A stretch of 32,000 nt of DNA from Pseudoalteromonas translucida KMM 520 (GTDB taxonomy: Bacteria > Pseudomonadota > Gammaproteobacteria > Enterobacterales > Alteromonadaceae). The notes under the pieces are model-generated. The model saw nothing but the letters and a program-made list of their open reading frames with translations. It was not told where the DNA came from and did no database searches. The stretch covers positions 1,260,001 through 1,292,000 of the forward strand of contig NZ_CP011034.1 in NCBI RefSeq assembly GCF_001465295.1, given 5' to 3'. The translations under genes were made by a program, and so were the position numbers. Of this stretch, positions 17,070 to 26,236 are shown piece by piece; position 1 is the first letter of the stretch, and every line of letters starts with the position of its first letter.

Positions 17070-17460
17070 ATTATCAGGTCTAAATCAGTTCAACCGCACA
17101 TTAAAAGTTTAGCTCTAATTGTTGAAAACTAAGACGGTGCTATCGAGTTTTATACTAAGAAACTTCAACTTATACTCCTCGAAAATACTGATTTAGGTGG
17201 CAGGAAACGCTGAGTATAGGTTGATCTTTTAAATGCTAATGACACGAATTTACTTTTGGATCAAGTATCGAAAACCTGCAGACACAAGCTGTTGGTAACC
17301 AAGTCTGGGTGTGTTTTGTTATTTACAGACCAACGATTTCTGGCGAGACTATGAGATAATGAAAGCAAATGGGGTTGTATTTAATGAAGAGCCACGAGTT
17401 GAAGAGTATGCGACTGTAGTGTTTATAGAGTAATAAATGGGCTTTACTGCAACTCACAGC
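17070..17460 (+). pseudogene. Decayed VOC family (glyoxalase/bleomycin-resistance/dioxygenase fold) gene
   Basis: Fragments read HIKSLALIVEN*DGAIEFYTKKLQLILLENTDLGGRKR*V*V..NDTNLLL, then (shifted) KPADTQAVGNQ, then (shifted) TNDFWRDYEIMKANGVVFNEEPRVEEYATVVFIE*, then (shifted) INGLYCN. In-frame stops lie at 17130, 17211 and 17217, with at least 2 frameshifts. The pattern matches the common VOC consensus (..AI.FYT.KLGF.L.EDT.LGG.KRWV.V, IGNQ.GG, TDDFW.DY..M...GV.F.E.P..E.YGTV.VF.DLYGN). Confidence 0.6.
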
Positions 17461-17533
17461 TATTTTCACCACACACTTAATCTGGCCACATCCAAGCCAA
17501 TAAATTTAAAAATGTTAAGAACCGATAAAAACT

Positions 17534-18721
17534 ATGAGCACTGAAAATATTTCTCAAAAAAACGCGAGCTTTTTCCCATGGCTGATTATGATCTTAATGT
17601 CGTCAGTGACCTTTGTAGGGATACTGTCGGAGTTGATGCCCTCAGGTGTTATGCCTTTAATGATGGCCGATCTTAATATTAGTGAAATGCAAACAGGTAA
17701 TTTAGTTGGCTACTACGCCATTGCGTCAGCGATATTTGCAATTCCGCTCATTTCAATGACCATGCAATGTAATCGCAAGCACTTGCTACTGCTTTTATTG
17801 AGTGGCTTTGCCGTTTCAAACATTGTGGTTGGGCTGATTGATAATTATAACGTTATTATTTTTCTTAGGATTATCGGAGGCATTTGTGCAGGTGTGATGT
17901 GGCCAATGATTGCAGCCTACGGTATGCGACTGGTAGATGAGGAACATCATGGCAAGGCTATTGCGGTTATTATGGCAGGCACTACGCTGGGAATTAGTAT
18001 TGGTATGCCCATAATGACGACCATAGGCAATGAATATGGTTGGCGAAGTGAGTTTATTGGCTTTGGGCTGGTTATTATTGTTATTGCAGTTATTAGCTTT
18101 TTTGCTTTGCCTTCAGCGCCCGGTGAAAAGCTGACCAAAAGCTCCTCACCTTTTGCGGTATTAACAAATCCAGCTGTACTAGTTATTCTTGTGCTTACCT
18201 TGCTTAGTGTAACCGCACATTATGGTGCTTATGTGTACATTACAAGCCTGGTTGAGGAAATTGGTTTAGCGGGTGGGATTGAAAGTGCTTTATTGTTTTT
18301 TGGTGTAGGTTCGATGATTTCTGTTTTTTTAGCTATAAAACTTATCGATAAATACCTGCGGCTATTAACAATCACCATGTTTGCATTACTTATTATTGCT
18401 ATGCTCACGTTACTCATATTTGGCAAAGTTAAGGGCGTAGGGCATTTTGCTTTTTTTATATGGGGTCTTTCGTTTGGTCCATTAGTCACTTTAATGCAAG
18501 CAGCTGTTAGCAGGCAGGTAAAAAATGCCAAAGATGTTGCTACTTCAGTTCAGTCATCGGTATTTAATTTATCCGTTATGATCGCATCTTCTGTTGCTGG
18601 GCTGCTACTGGGGAATTACTCCCCAATGAGTTTGGTGTACTTTGCCGTTGTTTTGTCTATTCCGGGTATTATCATCGCATTTTTTGCGAAAAAGACTTTA
18701 AGTAACCTGGGCTCTGAATAA
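17534..18721 (+). CDS. MFS transporter (12-TM, efflux-type)
   Basis: 395 aa and hydrophobic throughout, with about 12 predicted helices and the usual loop 2-3 style motif region (LLSGFAVSNIVVGL...LRIIGG). The substrate cannot be inferred. The last 7 codons and the stop lie inside repeat copy 2. Confidence 0.88.
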   Translation: MSTENISQKNASFFPWLIMILMSSVTFVGILSELMPSGVMPLMMADLNISEMQTGNLVGYYAIASAIFAIPLISMTMQCNRKHLLLLLLSGFAVSNIVVGLIDNYNVIIFLRIIGGICAGVMWPMIAAYGMRLVDEEHHGKAIAVIMAGTTLGISIGMPIMTTIGNEYGWRSEFIGFGLVIIVIAVISFFALPSAPGEKLTKSSSPFAVLTNPAVLVILVLTLLSVTAHYGAYVYITSLVEEIGLAGGIESALLFFGVGSMISVFLAIKLIDKYLRLLTITMFALLIIAMLTLLIFGKVKGVGHFAFFIWGLSFGPLVTLMQAAVSRQVKNAKDVATSVQSSVFNLSVMIASSVAGLLLGNYSPMSLVYFAVVLSIPGIIIAFFAKKTLSNLGSE

Positions 18722-18900
18722 TAAATCTATCTCAAGCAGCTATTTTTTGCGCTAACTGCGTTGAATTTACTTGTAATAGGCCTGCTATTGACGCGTAAAT
18801 TCGCCTTGTTTTCACTGAAAATATCTGGCTAGAGAAAATAAGTTTAAATATCATTATTATTCAATACGTTAGTGAGTATCTTAACCAGGGTTCAGGTAAA
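18699..18900 (+). repeat. MITE-like / structured intergenic repeat, copy 2
   Basis: Same element as 5345-5547 in the same orientation. The left end TAAGTAACCTGGGCTCTGAATAA encodes LSNLGSE-stop of the MFS gene. The right end is CCAGGGTTCAGGT (18885-18897). Confidence 0.6.
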
Positions 18901-19227
18901 GTAGAGCGGTTAAGAAAACTTATATTTGCTGTGAAAATAAAATTTATACAATTAAAGTGAAGTGATAAATTGAAAGGTAGTGTAGCCAATATGACTTCTC
19001 CTGGTGGAGCATGGCGGTCGTATAGGTTGTTCGAGCGGTTAATACTAATCTAACGCTTATAATACCTTTCAAAACGCCAATTAAAACAACCCCAACCTCT
19101 CTTTTTATATGCTACAACAAAGCGCAGTAATCGATTGAACCAAAATAGGAACTCGGCTATGGTTTATTAATAAAAATAAAGTGAAAACGAGTTTTTTTAC
19201 AGGCTTGTTAGGTGTTTAGAGGTTTTT

Positions 19228-19668
19228 ATGAAAGGTTTTTCTATATTATTGTTAAAAATACTGGCTCTATATTTGGCCTTAAATACCTTATATTCTTTTA
19301 TACCGGTCTTTTTTTCCGGCAACATAAGTAATTTATTAACCCCAGAAATTTTAGTGGTTCTACTGGCTACTATTATTATCCCCATTGTTAGCGGATGCTT
19401 ACTGTGGAAATATGCGGAACTGATTGCAAATAAAATTCATAAAGCAGAACCTACAACTCCCACTGTTATTGGACATGATGTTGTGAGTGCTGGCTTGTTT
19501 TTAATTGGTATTACATTACTTATTAAACACATAGGTATTCTTATTAATTACTATATGAATATGGATAAACTTGATTACGGTTCATTATTTATTATATTTA
19601 TCAGTTTGTTACTGGTTTTAAAAAATAGTATATTGATTAACTTATATTCAAAACATAACAACAAATAA
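19228..19668 (+). CDS. Hypothetical membrane protein (about 4 TM), low-GC orphan
   Basis: 146-aa ORF with four hydrophobic stretches. It is very AT-rich and I recognise no family. SD-like GAGG lies 7-10 nt upstream of the ATG. Confidence 0.5.
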   Translation: MKGFSILLLKILALYLALNTLYSFIPVFFSGNISNLLTPEILVVLLATIIIPIVSGCLLWKYAELIANKIHKAEPTTPTVIGHDVVSAGLFLIGITLLIKHIGILINYYMNMDKLDYGSLFIIFISLLLVLKNSILINLYSKHNNK

Positions 19669-19807
19669 TAAGGCATTTAAACATAACTAAAAAGTTGGCT
19701 AAGTTTGTTTAGCACTACATTATTGCCTACACCACTGCCAGATTTAATTAAAGTTTAATAAAATTTGACAGTCAAGTTAAGGCTAATTTGCAGGGTTATA
19801 GTTAACT

Positions 19808-20572
19808 TTAAAGTGCTTCTGGGTCTATCCAGCGGCGCATGCTGATCCACGCTTTACCCACTACTTCATGGCTGTATTGTGTTACTACATGCAAAGCTTG
19901 AGAATTTGGTACGAGTTGTTTGTGCCAAGGCAATACAGCAAAGTTATGATAGTCAGTTGCCGCTGTTATTACCTCAACCCCTTGGGCGGTAAATAAGTCT
20001 TTTGCGCGCGGCATATGTAAAACAGAAGTAACCAATGCCACTTTATAGTCAACTAATGCGGGGGCTAATAACTTTGCTTCGGCTGCGGTATCCATAGCAG
20101 CTGGATTTTGCACCAAGCGATTTTTATTAATACCTAAATTGATTGCTGTTTTATACATTAAGCTACTATTAGTAACTTTTTGGTATCCGCCGCCCGATAC
20201 AATAAGTTGCGCATTTGGGTAGAGTTTGGCTAGCTTTATGCCTTCGACTAAACGAGTAAGTGCGCAGTTGCCAAGTTGGTTATTAGCACTTAAAGCCGTG
20301 TTGGGGTTAATGTCGCAACCGAGTACGACTATTTTATCAATTTTTGGCTGTTTTAATGAGTTAAATGCCAGTGCGGCTGGCTCGTTATTTTTTATAATTA
20401 GGTTAGCAACCAGCGGTGTGCTGAGTAAAAGCAGCGTCGCTAAGCTTATAAAAGATAAAAATAAAGCAGGCCTTTTACCTCTAAATGCCAAAAGCAGCAT
20501 AATAAGTGCAAATAGACCCAATAAAGGCAGTGGCATTAATAAACCACCCAGTAATTTTTTAATGGCAAACAT
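19808..20572 (-). CDS. elyC: DUF218 / YdcF-ElyC family envelope biogenesis protein
   Basis: 254 aa, collinear with E. coli ElyC (N-terminus KK..G.LLMPLPL, two TM helices, IVVLG, RL.EGI.L....P...LI.SGG, ALVTS..HMPRA...F..QG). Confidence 0.8.
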   Translation of the reverse strand: MFAIKKLLGGLLMPLPLLGLFALIMLLLAFRGKRPALFLSFISLATLLLLSTPLVANLIIKNNEPAALAFNSLKQPKIDKIVVLGCDINPNTALSANNQLGNCALTRLVEGIKLAKLYPNAQLIVSGGGYQKVTNSSLMYKTAINLGINKNRLVQNPAAMDTAAEAKLLAPALVDYKVALVTSVLHMPRAKDLFTAQGVEVITAATDYHNFAVLPWHKQLVPNSQALHVVTQYSHEVVGKAWISMRRWIDPEAL

Positions 20573-20625
20573 AATGAGTAATATAAAAAGCTAAGTTAGC
20601 TTTATATTACTCATGTGTAAGGTGT

Positions 20626-21513
20626 TTATCGACCGTTATTTAACTTACAGGTATTTAAAAAGTGACGATAAACAGGGTTGTCTTTCATTTCTTTTTTCAT
20701 CGCTAAATACATAGGGCGAGTTAATCCTAATGCTCCTAGCGGAATTGACTTAATTAATCCTTGGCTTTCGTAAGGTGTAACTAGCCAGTCGGGTAATGCA
20801 GCCACGCCCATGCCTGCACTAACGAGCTGAAAAATTAGTAACCCTTGGTCAACTGTTTTAAGTGTGCCATCAAAACGGGCATTTTGAATAAAGTGTTTAA
20901 AAATATCTTGGCGTTCACGCGGAATAGGGTAGGAAATAATAGTTTCGTTTTTTAAATCAAGCGCCGTTACATAGGCTTTTTTAGCAAGATCATGGTCGGG
21001 GGCAACAATGAGCTTTAATTTAAAGTCGAATAAATGGGCGTATTCTAGCTGGTCGGGTTCGCGTATATCTGATGTGAGCACTAGGTCTAGTTCATCACTT
21101 AATAAATCAGGGATGGCGTCGTAGCTAAAACCGCGTTCGTAATCAATTTTTATATCGGGCCAAAAATTATTAAATTCTTTAATTGTTGGCAGTAACCAAT
21201 GAAAGCACGCATGGCATTCAACACTTAAGCGCATTTGTGAAATAGGCTGGTTTAAACTTTCTTTTAAGCGGCACTTGGTTGCTTCTACTTTTGGTAATAT
21301 TTCGTGGGCTAATTCAAGTAATAGCATACCTTGGGGGGTAAATCGTACTGGTTGGGTTTTTCTCTCGAACAATTGGCAGTCTAATTTATTCTCTAAATCT
21401 TTGATTTGATGAGATAAAGCCGATTGCGTTAAAAATAACTCACGTGCTGTATTAACCAAAGATCCTGTTTCTTTTAAGGTAGCAATGGTTTTTAAGTGTT
21501 TAAGACCAATCAT
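20626..21513 (-). CDS. metR: LysR-family transcriptional activator MetR
   Basis: 295 aa. The N-terminus MIGLKHLKTIATLKETGSLVNTARELFLTQSALSHQIKDLENKL..QLFERKTQPVRFTPQG is collinear with E. coli MetR (MIEVKHLKTLQAL...TQSALSHQFSDLE..LG..LF.RKSQPLRFTPQG). It is divergent from a metE remnant, as expected. Confidence 0.92.
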   Translation of the reverse strand: MIGLKHLKTIATLKETGSLVNTARELFLTQSALSHQIKDLENKLDCQLFERKTQPVRFTPQGMLLLELAHEILPKVEATKCRLKESLNQPISQMRLSVECHACFHWLLPTIKEFNNFWPDIKIDYERGFSYDAIPDLLSDELDLVLTSDIREPDQLEYAHLFDFKLKLIVAPDHDLAKKAYVTALDLKNETIISYPIPRERQDIFKHFIQNARFDGTLKTVDQGLLIFQLVSAGMGVAALPDWLVTPYESQGLIKSIPLGALGLTRPMYLAMKKEMKDNPVYRHFLNTCKLNNGR

Positions 21514-21586
21514 CTTTAAAAATTCTCATGAAAAAGGTGAGTTTAACTCAGAGTAAACACATATTACGCTTTTACAAAAAACGTTT

Positions 21587-21602
21587 CAACGTCTAGAAGG
21601 CT
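21587..21602 (+). promoter_or_regulatory. Possible tandem MetJ met-boxes in the metR-metE control region
   Basis: CAACGTCT AGAAGGCT: two adjacent 8-mers, each 6/8 to the met-box consensus AGACGTCT. This is a weak call. Confidence 0.25.
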
Positions 21603-21691
21603 GTTAATTGTATTTTATTAGCAGTTGCTATGCTTAACATTAAGTTTTTTAATCATGAAAGTCATTTTAAAATAGGTTTGATGAATTTTGC

Positions 21692-22041
21692 ATGAGTTTA
21701 GCTCATGTTGGGTTTTAAGGTTTATCAATTGTGTAATACCACAACACAAGGTAATTTTTAACCATCTAAACAGCTAGGTTGGGTTTTGGTGTAATTACTA
21801 AAAATGTTTTGGGCGAACATGGATTTATTACAAACGTTTGAAAAGTTGATTACTCGAATGACATTGGCTAAGTATATAGAATACTAATACAGCTAATCTG
21901 CCAGATATTGCATGGATAAAAGCACTTTTTCACAAAACAGCAGCTAAAGTACCGGTTGCGCGTTTGTGGGTAAATCCAGATTGTGGTTTAAAAACAACCA
22001 AAGAGCTGCGTGAAGAGTTAAAAGTTAGAGCTACACCGTAA
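21692..22041 (+). pseudogene. metE: Internally deleted, frameshifted remnant of cobalamin-independent methionine synthase
   Basis: 21692 reads MSLAHVGF* (compare the MetE N-terminus ..HTLGFPR). 21898-22041 reads [47 protein letters not shown], matching the MetE C-terminus (..[32 protein letters not shown]). Out-of-frame fragments between them read FNHLNS, VIT, ANMDLLQTFEK and DYSNDIG. Confidence 0.75.
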
Positions 22042-22086
22042 AAATGTAGCTTACGTATATAGCTTATATAAAAAAATCGCAAAATT

Positions 22087-22115
22087 AAGCCAGCAATAAG
22101 TCGCTGGCTTTTTTA
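22087..22115. terminator. Bidirectional terminator between the metE remnant (+) and the GGDEF-EAL gene (-)
   Basis: AAGCCAGC (22087-22094) pairs with GCTGGCTT (22103-22110). T-rich sequence follows on the + strand, and an A-run upstream gives a T-run for the minus strand. Confidence 0.7.
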
Positions 22116-24485
22116 TTATAGTGGGGCGTCGATTAGTAAAATAGCTTCTTGGGCTGTTACTGGTTTTGATTTTAAATAGCCTTGCCCGTAATTGCACTGC
22201 GTAGTTTGTAAAATAGCGAGTTGCTCAGCAGTTTCTATCCCCTCAGCAACCACTGCAAGATTAAGTGATATTGCTAGCGACAAAATAGCATCAACGAGTG
22301 GATTGGCTGAGTCATGTAAGTGATCGATAAAGCTCTTATCTATTTTTAGAATATGAATAGGTAGCTGATGTAGGTAACCAAGCGCTGAGTAACCTGTGCC
22401 GAAGTCATCAAGGCAAAGCTTTACTTTTAATGGCGATAAGCCTTCAATTATTTGCGTAGCTAAGTCTAAATTTTCGATTAATCCCGACTCTGTAATTTCT
22501 AAACACAAAGACCCCAGCGGGAGCTGATATTTATTATAAATAGCGTGAATTTGTGCCACAAAATCTAAACTAGCAAAGTGACGAGAGGAGACATTAACGG
22601 TGACTTTTAAAAATCTGTGCCCTTGTTGATGCCAAATGCTAATTTGTTGTGCGGCTAAATCTAATAAATGTAAGTCTAAATTAATTATTTGCCCGGTTTT
22701 TTCAGCAATTGGGATAAAGTCATTTGGCGGTACAAACCCTTTACTGGGATGATGCCAACGAACAAGTGCTTCAAAACCAATCACTTCACATGTAGCAATG
22801 GTAAATATAGGCTGAAAATACAGCTCAAACTCATTGTGCTCTATACCGTGTTGTAAGTCGTTTTCAATATCGGCATGAGTTTTAAGCTTTTTGCGCATAA
22901 TATTATTAAATAGCTTAACTTGTCCGCGTCCTGTCGATTTAGCTTCGTACATAGCTGCATCAGCTTGTTGTAATAAAATATAGGCTTTGTCGTTTTCGTT
23001 ATCACTTAATGCTACGCCAATACTTGTAGATGCTTGTAATAGGTGGCCGTCAATATTAATTGGCTTTGAAAGGGCAAGTTGTATACGTTTGAGTGCATCT
23101 GTTACCTGATTTCGGTGAGTGATGTTTTCCATAAAAATAGCAAACTCATCCCCACCTAAACGTGAAAATGTGTCGGTATTGCGCACCGTGCCTTTAATTA
23201 ATTGGCATATTTTTATTAAAAAGTGATCACCAACTTCATGACCAAGTGAATCATTAATACTTTTAAAACGATCAAAATCTAAATAGAGTAACGCGTGGCT
23301 AGTGCCTTTTTTTGCTCTTGCAAGGCGTAAAATAGCATGCTTAATTCGCTCAATAAGTAATGAGCGATTAGCTAGGCCAGTAAGATCATCGTGCAGGGCG
23401 CGATGCTCTAGTTCTTGGCGAGCTAATTGGCGGTCAATCGCCATACTTATTTGCCGGCTCACATAAGTAAGCAGCGCATTATCGTGTTGGCTGTAATGTA
23501 GCGCTTTATCGTAACTTTGAACGACTATAACGCCGCTATGGCGATCGTTTACCCTAAATGGGACACCCAACCAAGATTCTGCGCGCCTACCCACCATTTT
23601 AAAATGCTGTTGTTCTACATGGTGTAAAAACTCATTACTAGTGAGCAGTAAAGATTGCTCTGTAACTAGTAAATAATACGAGGCAGTGTCTTTTAATTGC
23701 TCTTTTGAAATTTTTTGATGGCTGTTGGTTTTAATGCCTTCTTCAACAATATAAACAATATCTAACACGTCAATTTGTTTATCGTATAGCGCTATAAAAA
23801 AGTTATCGGCAGGCAGTAAACTATTAATAATTAAATGCAGCGATTCAAAAAAAACGTCTAAATTTTTAGCTTTATAAGTTAAGTTTGCAATTTGCAGCAG
23901 GCTATTTTCTAACTTTTGGGCATTATTTAATTGTAAAACCGTTGTTTGTAAGCTGTTTACCGTATTAACTTGGTTTATTTTAGCGCTTAATAAATGAGCA
24001 ACCGTAGTGAGTATTTCGAGGTGTGAGTTAGTAAAGTAATTTTTAATAGGGTGCTCACAATCTATAACCCCTAAAACATGATCCTTGTATATAAGCGGAA
24101 CACATATTTCAGATTGCGCAGGGCGCTCATCTGCAATATAGCGACTATCTTTGGTTACATCGCCAATCATGATTGCTTTAGCTGTAGTTGCTACATAGCC
24201 GGTGATACCTTCATCAAAGCGGATCACTTTTCTCTGTGCTTGATATTCTTTGCGCTCACTGGCAACGCCCATTGAAGCGGCTTGAATAAGCGTTAAATTG
24301 GCAGTATCAGCAAGATAAATTACACAATCAACAAAGCCAAGCCTATTAATCACTTGGGTAGTTACATATTCAAATAGCTCATCAAGCGTATCTAATTGCA
24401 GTAAGCTTGAGGAGAACTGATTAATTATACTTAGCTGATCGGTTTTAACTTCGAGCGCTGTAGTGGCATCTACTTTGTTAGGCAT
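22116..24485 (-). CDS. GAF-GAF-GGDEF-EAL c-di-GMP signalling protein (bifunctional cyclase/phosphodiesterase architecture)
   Basis: 789 aa with two N-terminal GAF-like regions. The GGDEF domain has LGGDEF and an RNTD I-site 5 residues upstream. The EAL domain has all the usual blocks (EALVRW, NVS, EITE, DDFGTGYS, KIDKSF, EGIET, QGY). Confidence 0.92.
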   Translation of the reverse strand: MPNKVDATTALEVKTDQLSIINQFSSSLLQLDTLDELFEYVTTQVINRLGFVDCVIYLADTANLTLIQAASMGVASERKEYQAQRKVIRFDEGITGYVATTAKAIMIGDVTKDSRYIADERPAQSEICVPLIYKDHVLGVIDCEHPIKNYFTNSHLEILTTVAHLLSAKINQVNTVNSLQTTVLQLNNAQKLENSLLQIANLTYKAKNLDVFFESLHLIINSLLPADNFFIALYDKQIDVLDIVYIVEEGIKTNSHQKISKEQLKDTASYYLLVTEQSLLLTSNEFLHHVEQQHFKMVGRRAESWLGVPFRVNDRHSGVIVVQSYDKALHYSQHDNALLTYVSRQISMAIDRQLARQELEHRALHDDLTGLANRSLLIERIKHAILRLARAKKGTSHALLYLDFDRFKSINDSLGHEVGDHFLIKICQLIKGTVRNTDTFSRLGGDEFAIFMENITHRNQVTDALKRIQLALSKPINIDGHLLQASTSIGVALSDNENDKAYILLQQADAAMYEAKSTGRGQVKLFNNIMRKKLKTHADIENDLQHGIEHNEFELYFQPIFTIATCEVIGFEALVRWHHPSKGFVPPNDFIPIAEKTGQIINLDLHLLDLAAQQISIWHQQGHRFLKVTVNVSSRHFASLDFVAQIHAIYNKYQLPLGSLCLEITESGLIENLDLATQIIEGLSPLKVKLCLDDFGTGYSALGYLHQLPIHILKIDKSFIDHLHDSANPLVDAILSLAISLNLAVVAEGIETAEQLAILQTTQCNYGQGYLKSKPVTAQEAILLIDAPL

Positions 24486-24691
24486 AGCAAGTAATGTGGT
24501 TCTTAGTTAAGTATAAATACGGGTACTAATTTAACATGGTATTAACTTTCCTACAAAACAAAATGATAATTGCTTTATGCTAACTGTAAAGTTTAATTGC
24601 AGCGCTACGCAGGTTGATTATTTATAATAAGATCTTTACTCGAAAACGTCCTATGCCTATGATCGGATAAATTTAGCTTAGGGACCAACTC

Positions 24692-25744
24692 ATGACCGTT
24701 AAAAATACAGACTCTGCAGCAACACTCACTATTACCAGACCAGATGATTGGCATGTACATTTACGTGATGGCGATCAATTAAAAGACACGGTTCGTGATA
24801 TTAGCCGTTATATGGGGCGCGCAATTATTATGCCTAACTTAATGCCGCCAGCAACCTGCACAGATACGGCATTAGCTTACAGAGAACGTATAATGGCTGC
24901 AGGTCCACAAGGCAATTTTGAGCCTTTAATGGTGCTATACCTTACAGATAAAACAACCCCAGATGAAATAATAAAAGCCAAAGCTACCGGCAAAATAGTT
25001 GCAGCAAAACTATATCCGGCAGGTGCTACAACAAATTCAGACTCAGGTGTTACCTCAATTAAAAATATTTACCCTGTTTTAGCTGCAATGCAAGACGTAG
25101 GCATGCTGCTTTTAATACACGGTGAGGTGACAGATTCGTCTATTGATATTTTTGACCGTGAAAAAATATTTATCGAAACGATTTTAGGTGACGTAGTAAC
25201 TGACTTTCCTGAGCTTAAAATAGTACTTGAGCATATTACAACAAAAGATGCGGTAGAGTTTGTAACCAATGCGCCGGATAATGTTGCAGCAACAATCACT
25301 GCTCATCACTTACTTTATAATCGCAACCATATGCTGGCAGGGGGCATTCGCCCACATTATTACTGTTTACCTATTTTAAAACGTAATATTCACCAACAGG
25401 CTTTAATGGCTGCTGCAGTAAGTGGTAATAAAAAATTCTTTTTAGGTACTGACTCAGCGCCTCATTATAAAGATAAAAAAGAAGCTGCGTGTGGTTGTGC
25501 AGGAGCTTATACCGCACATGCTGCTATTGAGTTATACGCAGAGGCATTTGAAGGAGCCGGTAAACTAGATAAGCTAGAAGGCTTTGCAAGTTTTTTTGGA
25601 CCAGACTTTTATGGCCTTGCGCGTAATAAAGATACCATTACTTTAGAAAGAAGCCCGTGGCAAGTGCCTGCAAGTTATACGCTTGGCGACTCACAAGTAG
25701 TACCTATAAAGGCAGAAGCTACAATTGACTGGCAAGTTAAGTAG
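24692..25744 (+). CDS. pyrC: Dihydroorotase (class II, E. coli type)
   Basis: 350 aa. [33 protein letters not shown] and GTDSAPH motifs are characteristic of PyrC. Confidence 0.95.
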   Translation: MTVKNTDSAATLTITRPDDWHVHLRDGDQLKDTVRDISRYMGRAIIMPNLMPPATCTDTALAYRERIMAAGPQGNFEPLMVLYLTDKTTPDEIIKAKATGKIVAAKLYPAGATTNSDSGVTSIKNIYPVLAAMQDVGMLLLIHGEVTDSSIDIFDREKIFIETILGDVVTDFPELKIVLEHITTKDAVEFVTNAPDNVAATITAHHLLYNRNHMLAGGIRPHYYCLPILKRNIHQQALMAAAVSGNKKFFLGTDSAPHYKDKKEAACGCAGAYTAHAAIELYAEAFEGAGKLDKLEGFASFFGPDFYGLARNKDTITLERSPWQVPASYTLGDSQVVPIKAEATIDWQVK

Positions 25745-25772
25745 CCTGGTTGCCTAAAGCACCTAAAATTTT

Positions 25773-25804
25773 AAAGCCGTTTAGCTAAGCTAAGCGGCTT
25801 TTTC
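25773..25804 (+). terminator. Rho-independent terminator of pyrC
   Basis: AAAGCCGTTTAGC pairs with GCTAAGCGGCTTT (one mismatch), followed by TTTTC. Confidence 0.7.
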
Positions 25805-26236
25805 ATTTTTTAAGCGGGGTTTAAAGCTTAGGTAGAATAAGCTAGTAATTTTAGAAAAGCGCTTTAGATTTATTGTTAGATGACTATAGAAAATATGAAA
25901 GCGTTTAATAGTATTGCCAGCAAGGTGACAATTACTGGATAAAATTTATATTTATTTGCTTTTAAATTAACCGTTTAAGAAAAAAAATCAGAAACAACGC
26001 ATTATTGATAAATATTTTCTAATTAATAGAGCGAAATGAAATTTAATGTGCTAATCTTAACTTGCTTTGAGTTTTTGCCTAATGAATTTACGGATGTTGT
26101 GCTGCGTTTAAGGTTACCGGTTTGGTTATTACTTCTTCCTGTACTGTACCTCCATATTTTTGAGCATTGATTCAAGGAGGATATTGCCATAATAATATGG
26201 CTGAATTTTAATTATTGACTTACAGGAAAATTTAGT

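Noticed and set aside
20578-20608. AT-rich palindrome AATATAAAAAGCTAA/TTAGCTTTATATT between metR and elyC
   Set aside because: It could be a metR terminator on the minus strand. But the stem is almost pure A/T with a bulge, and the T-run is part of the stem, so it is too weak to call.
24642-24650. PurR-box-like GAAAACGTC upstream of pyrC
   Set aside because: It is only a half-site-quality match to the 16-bp PurR palindrome and is not supportable from sequence alone.
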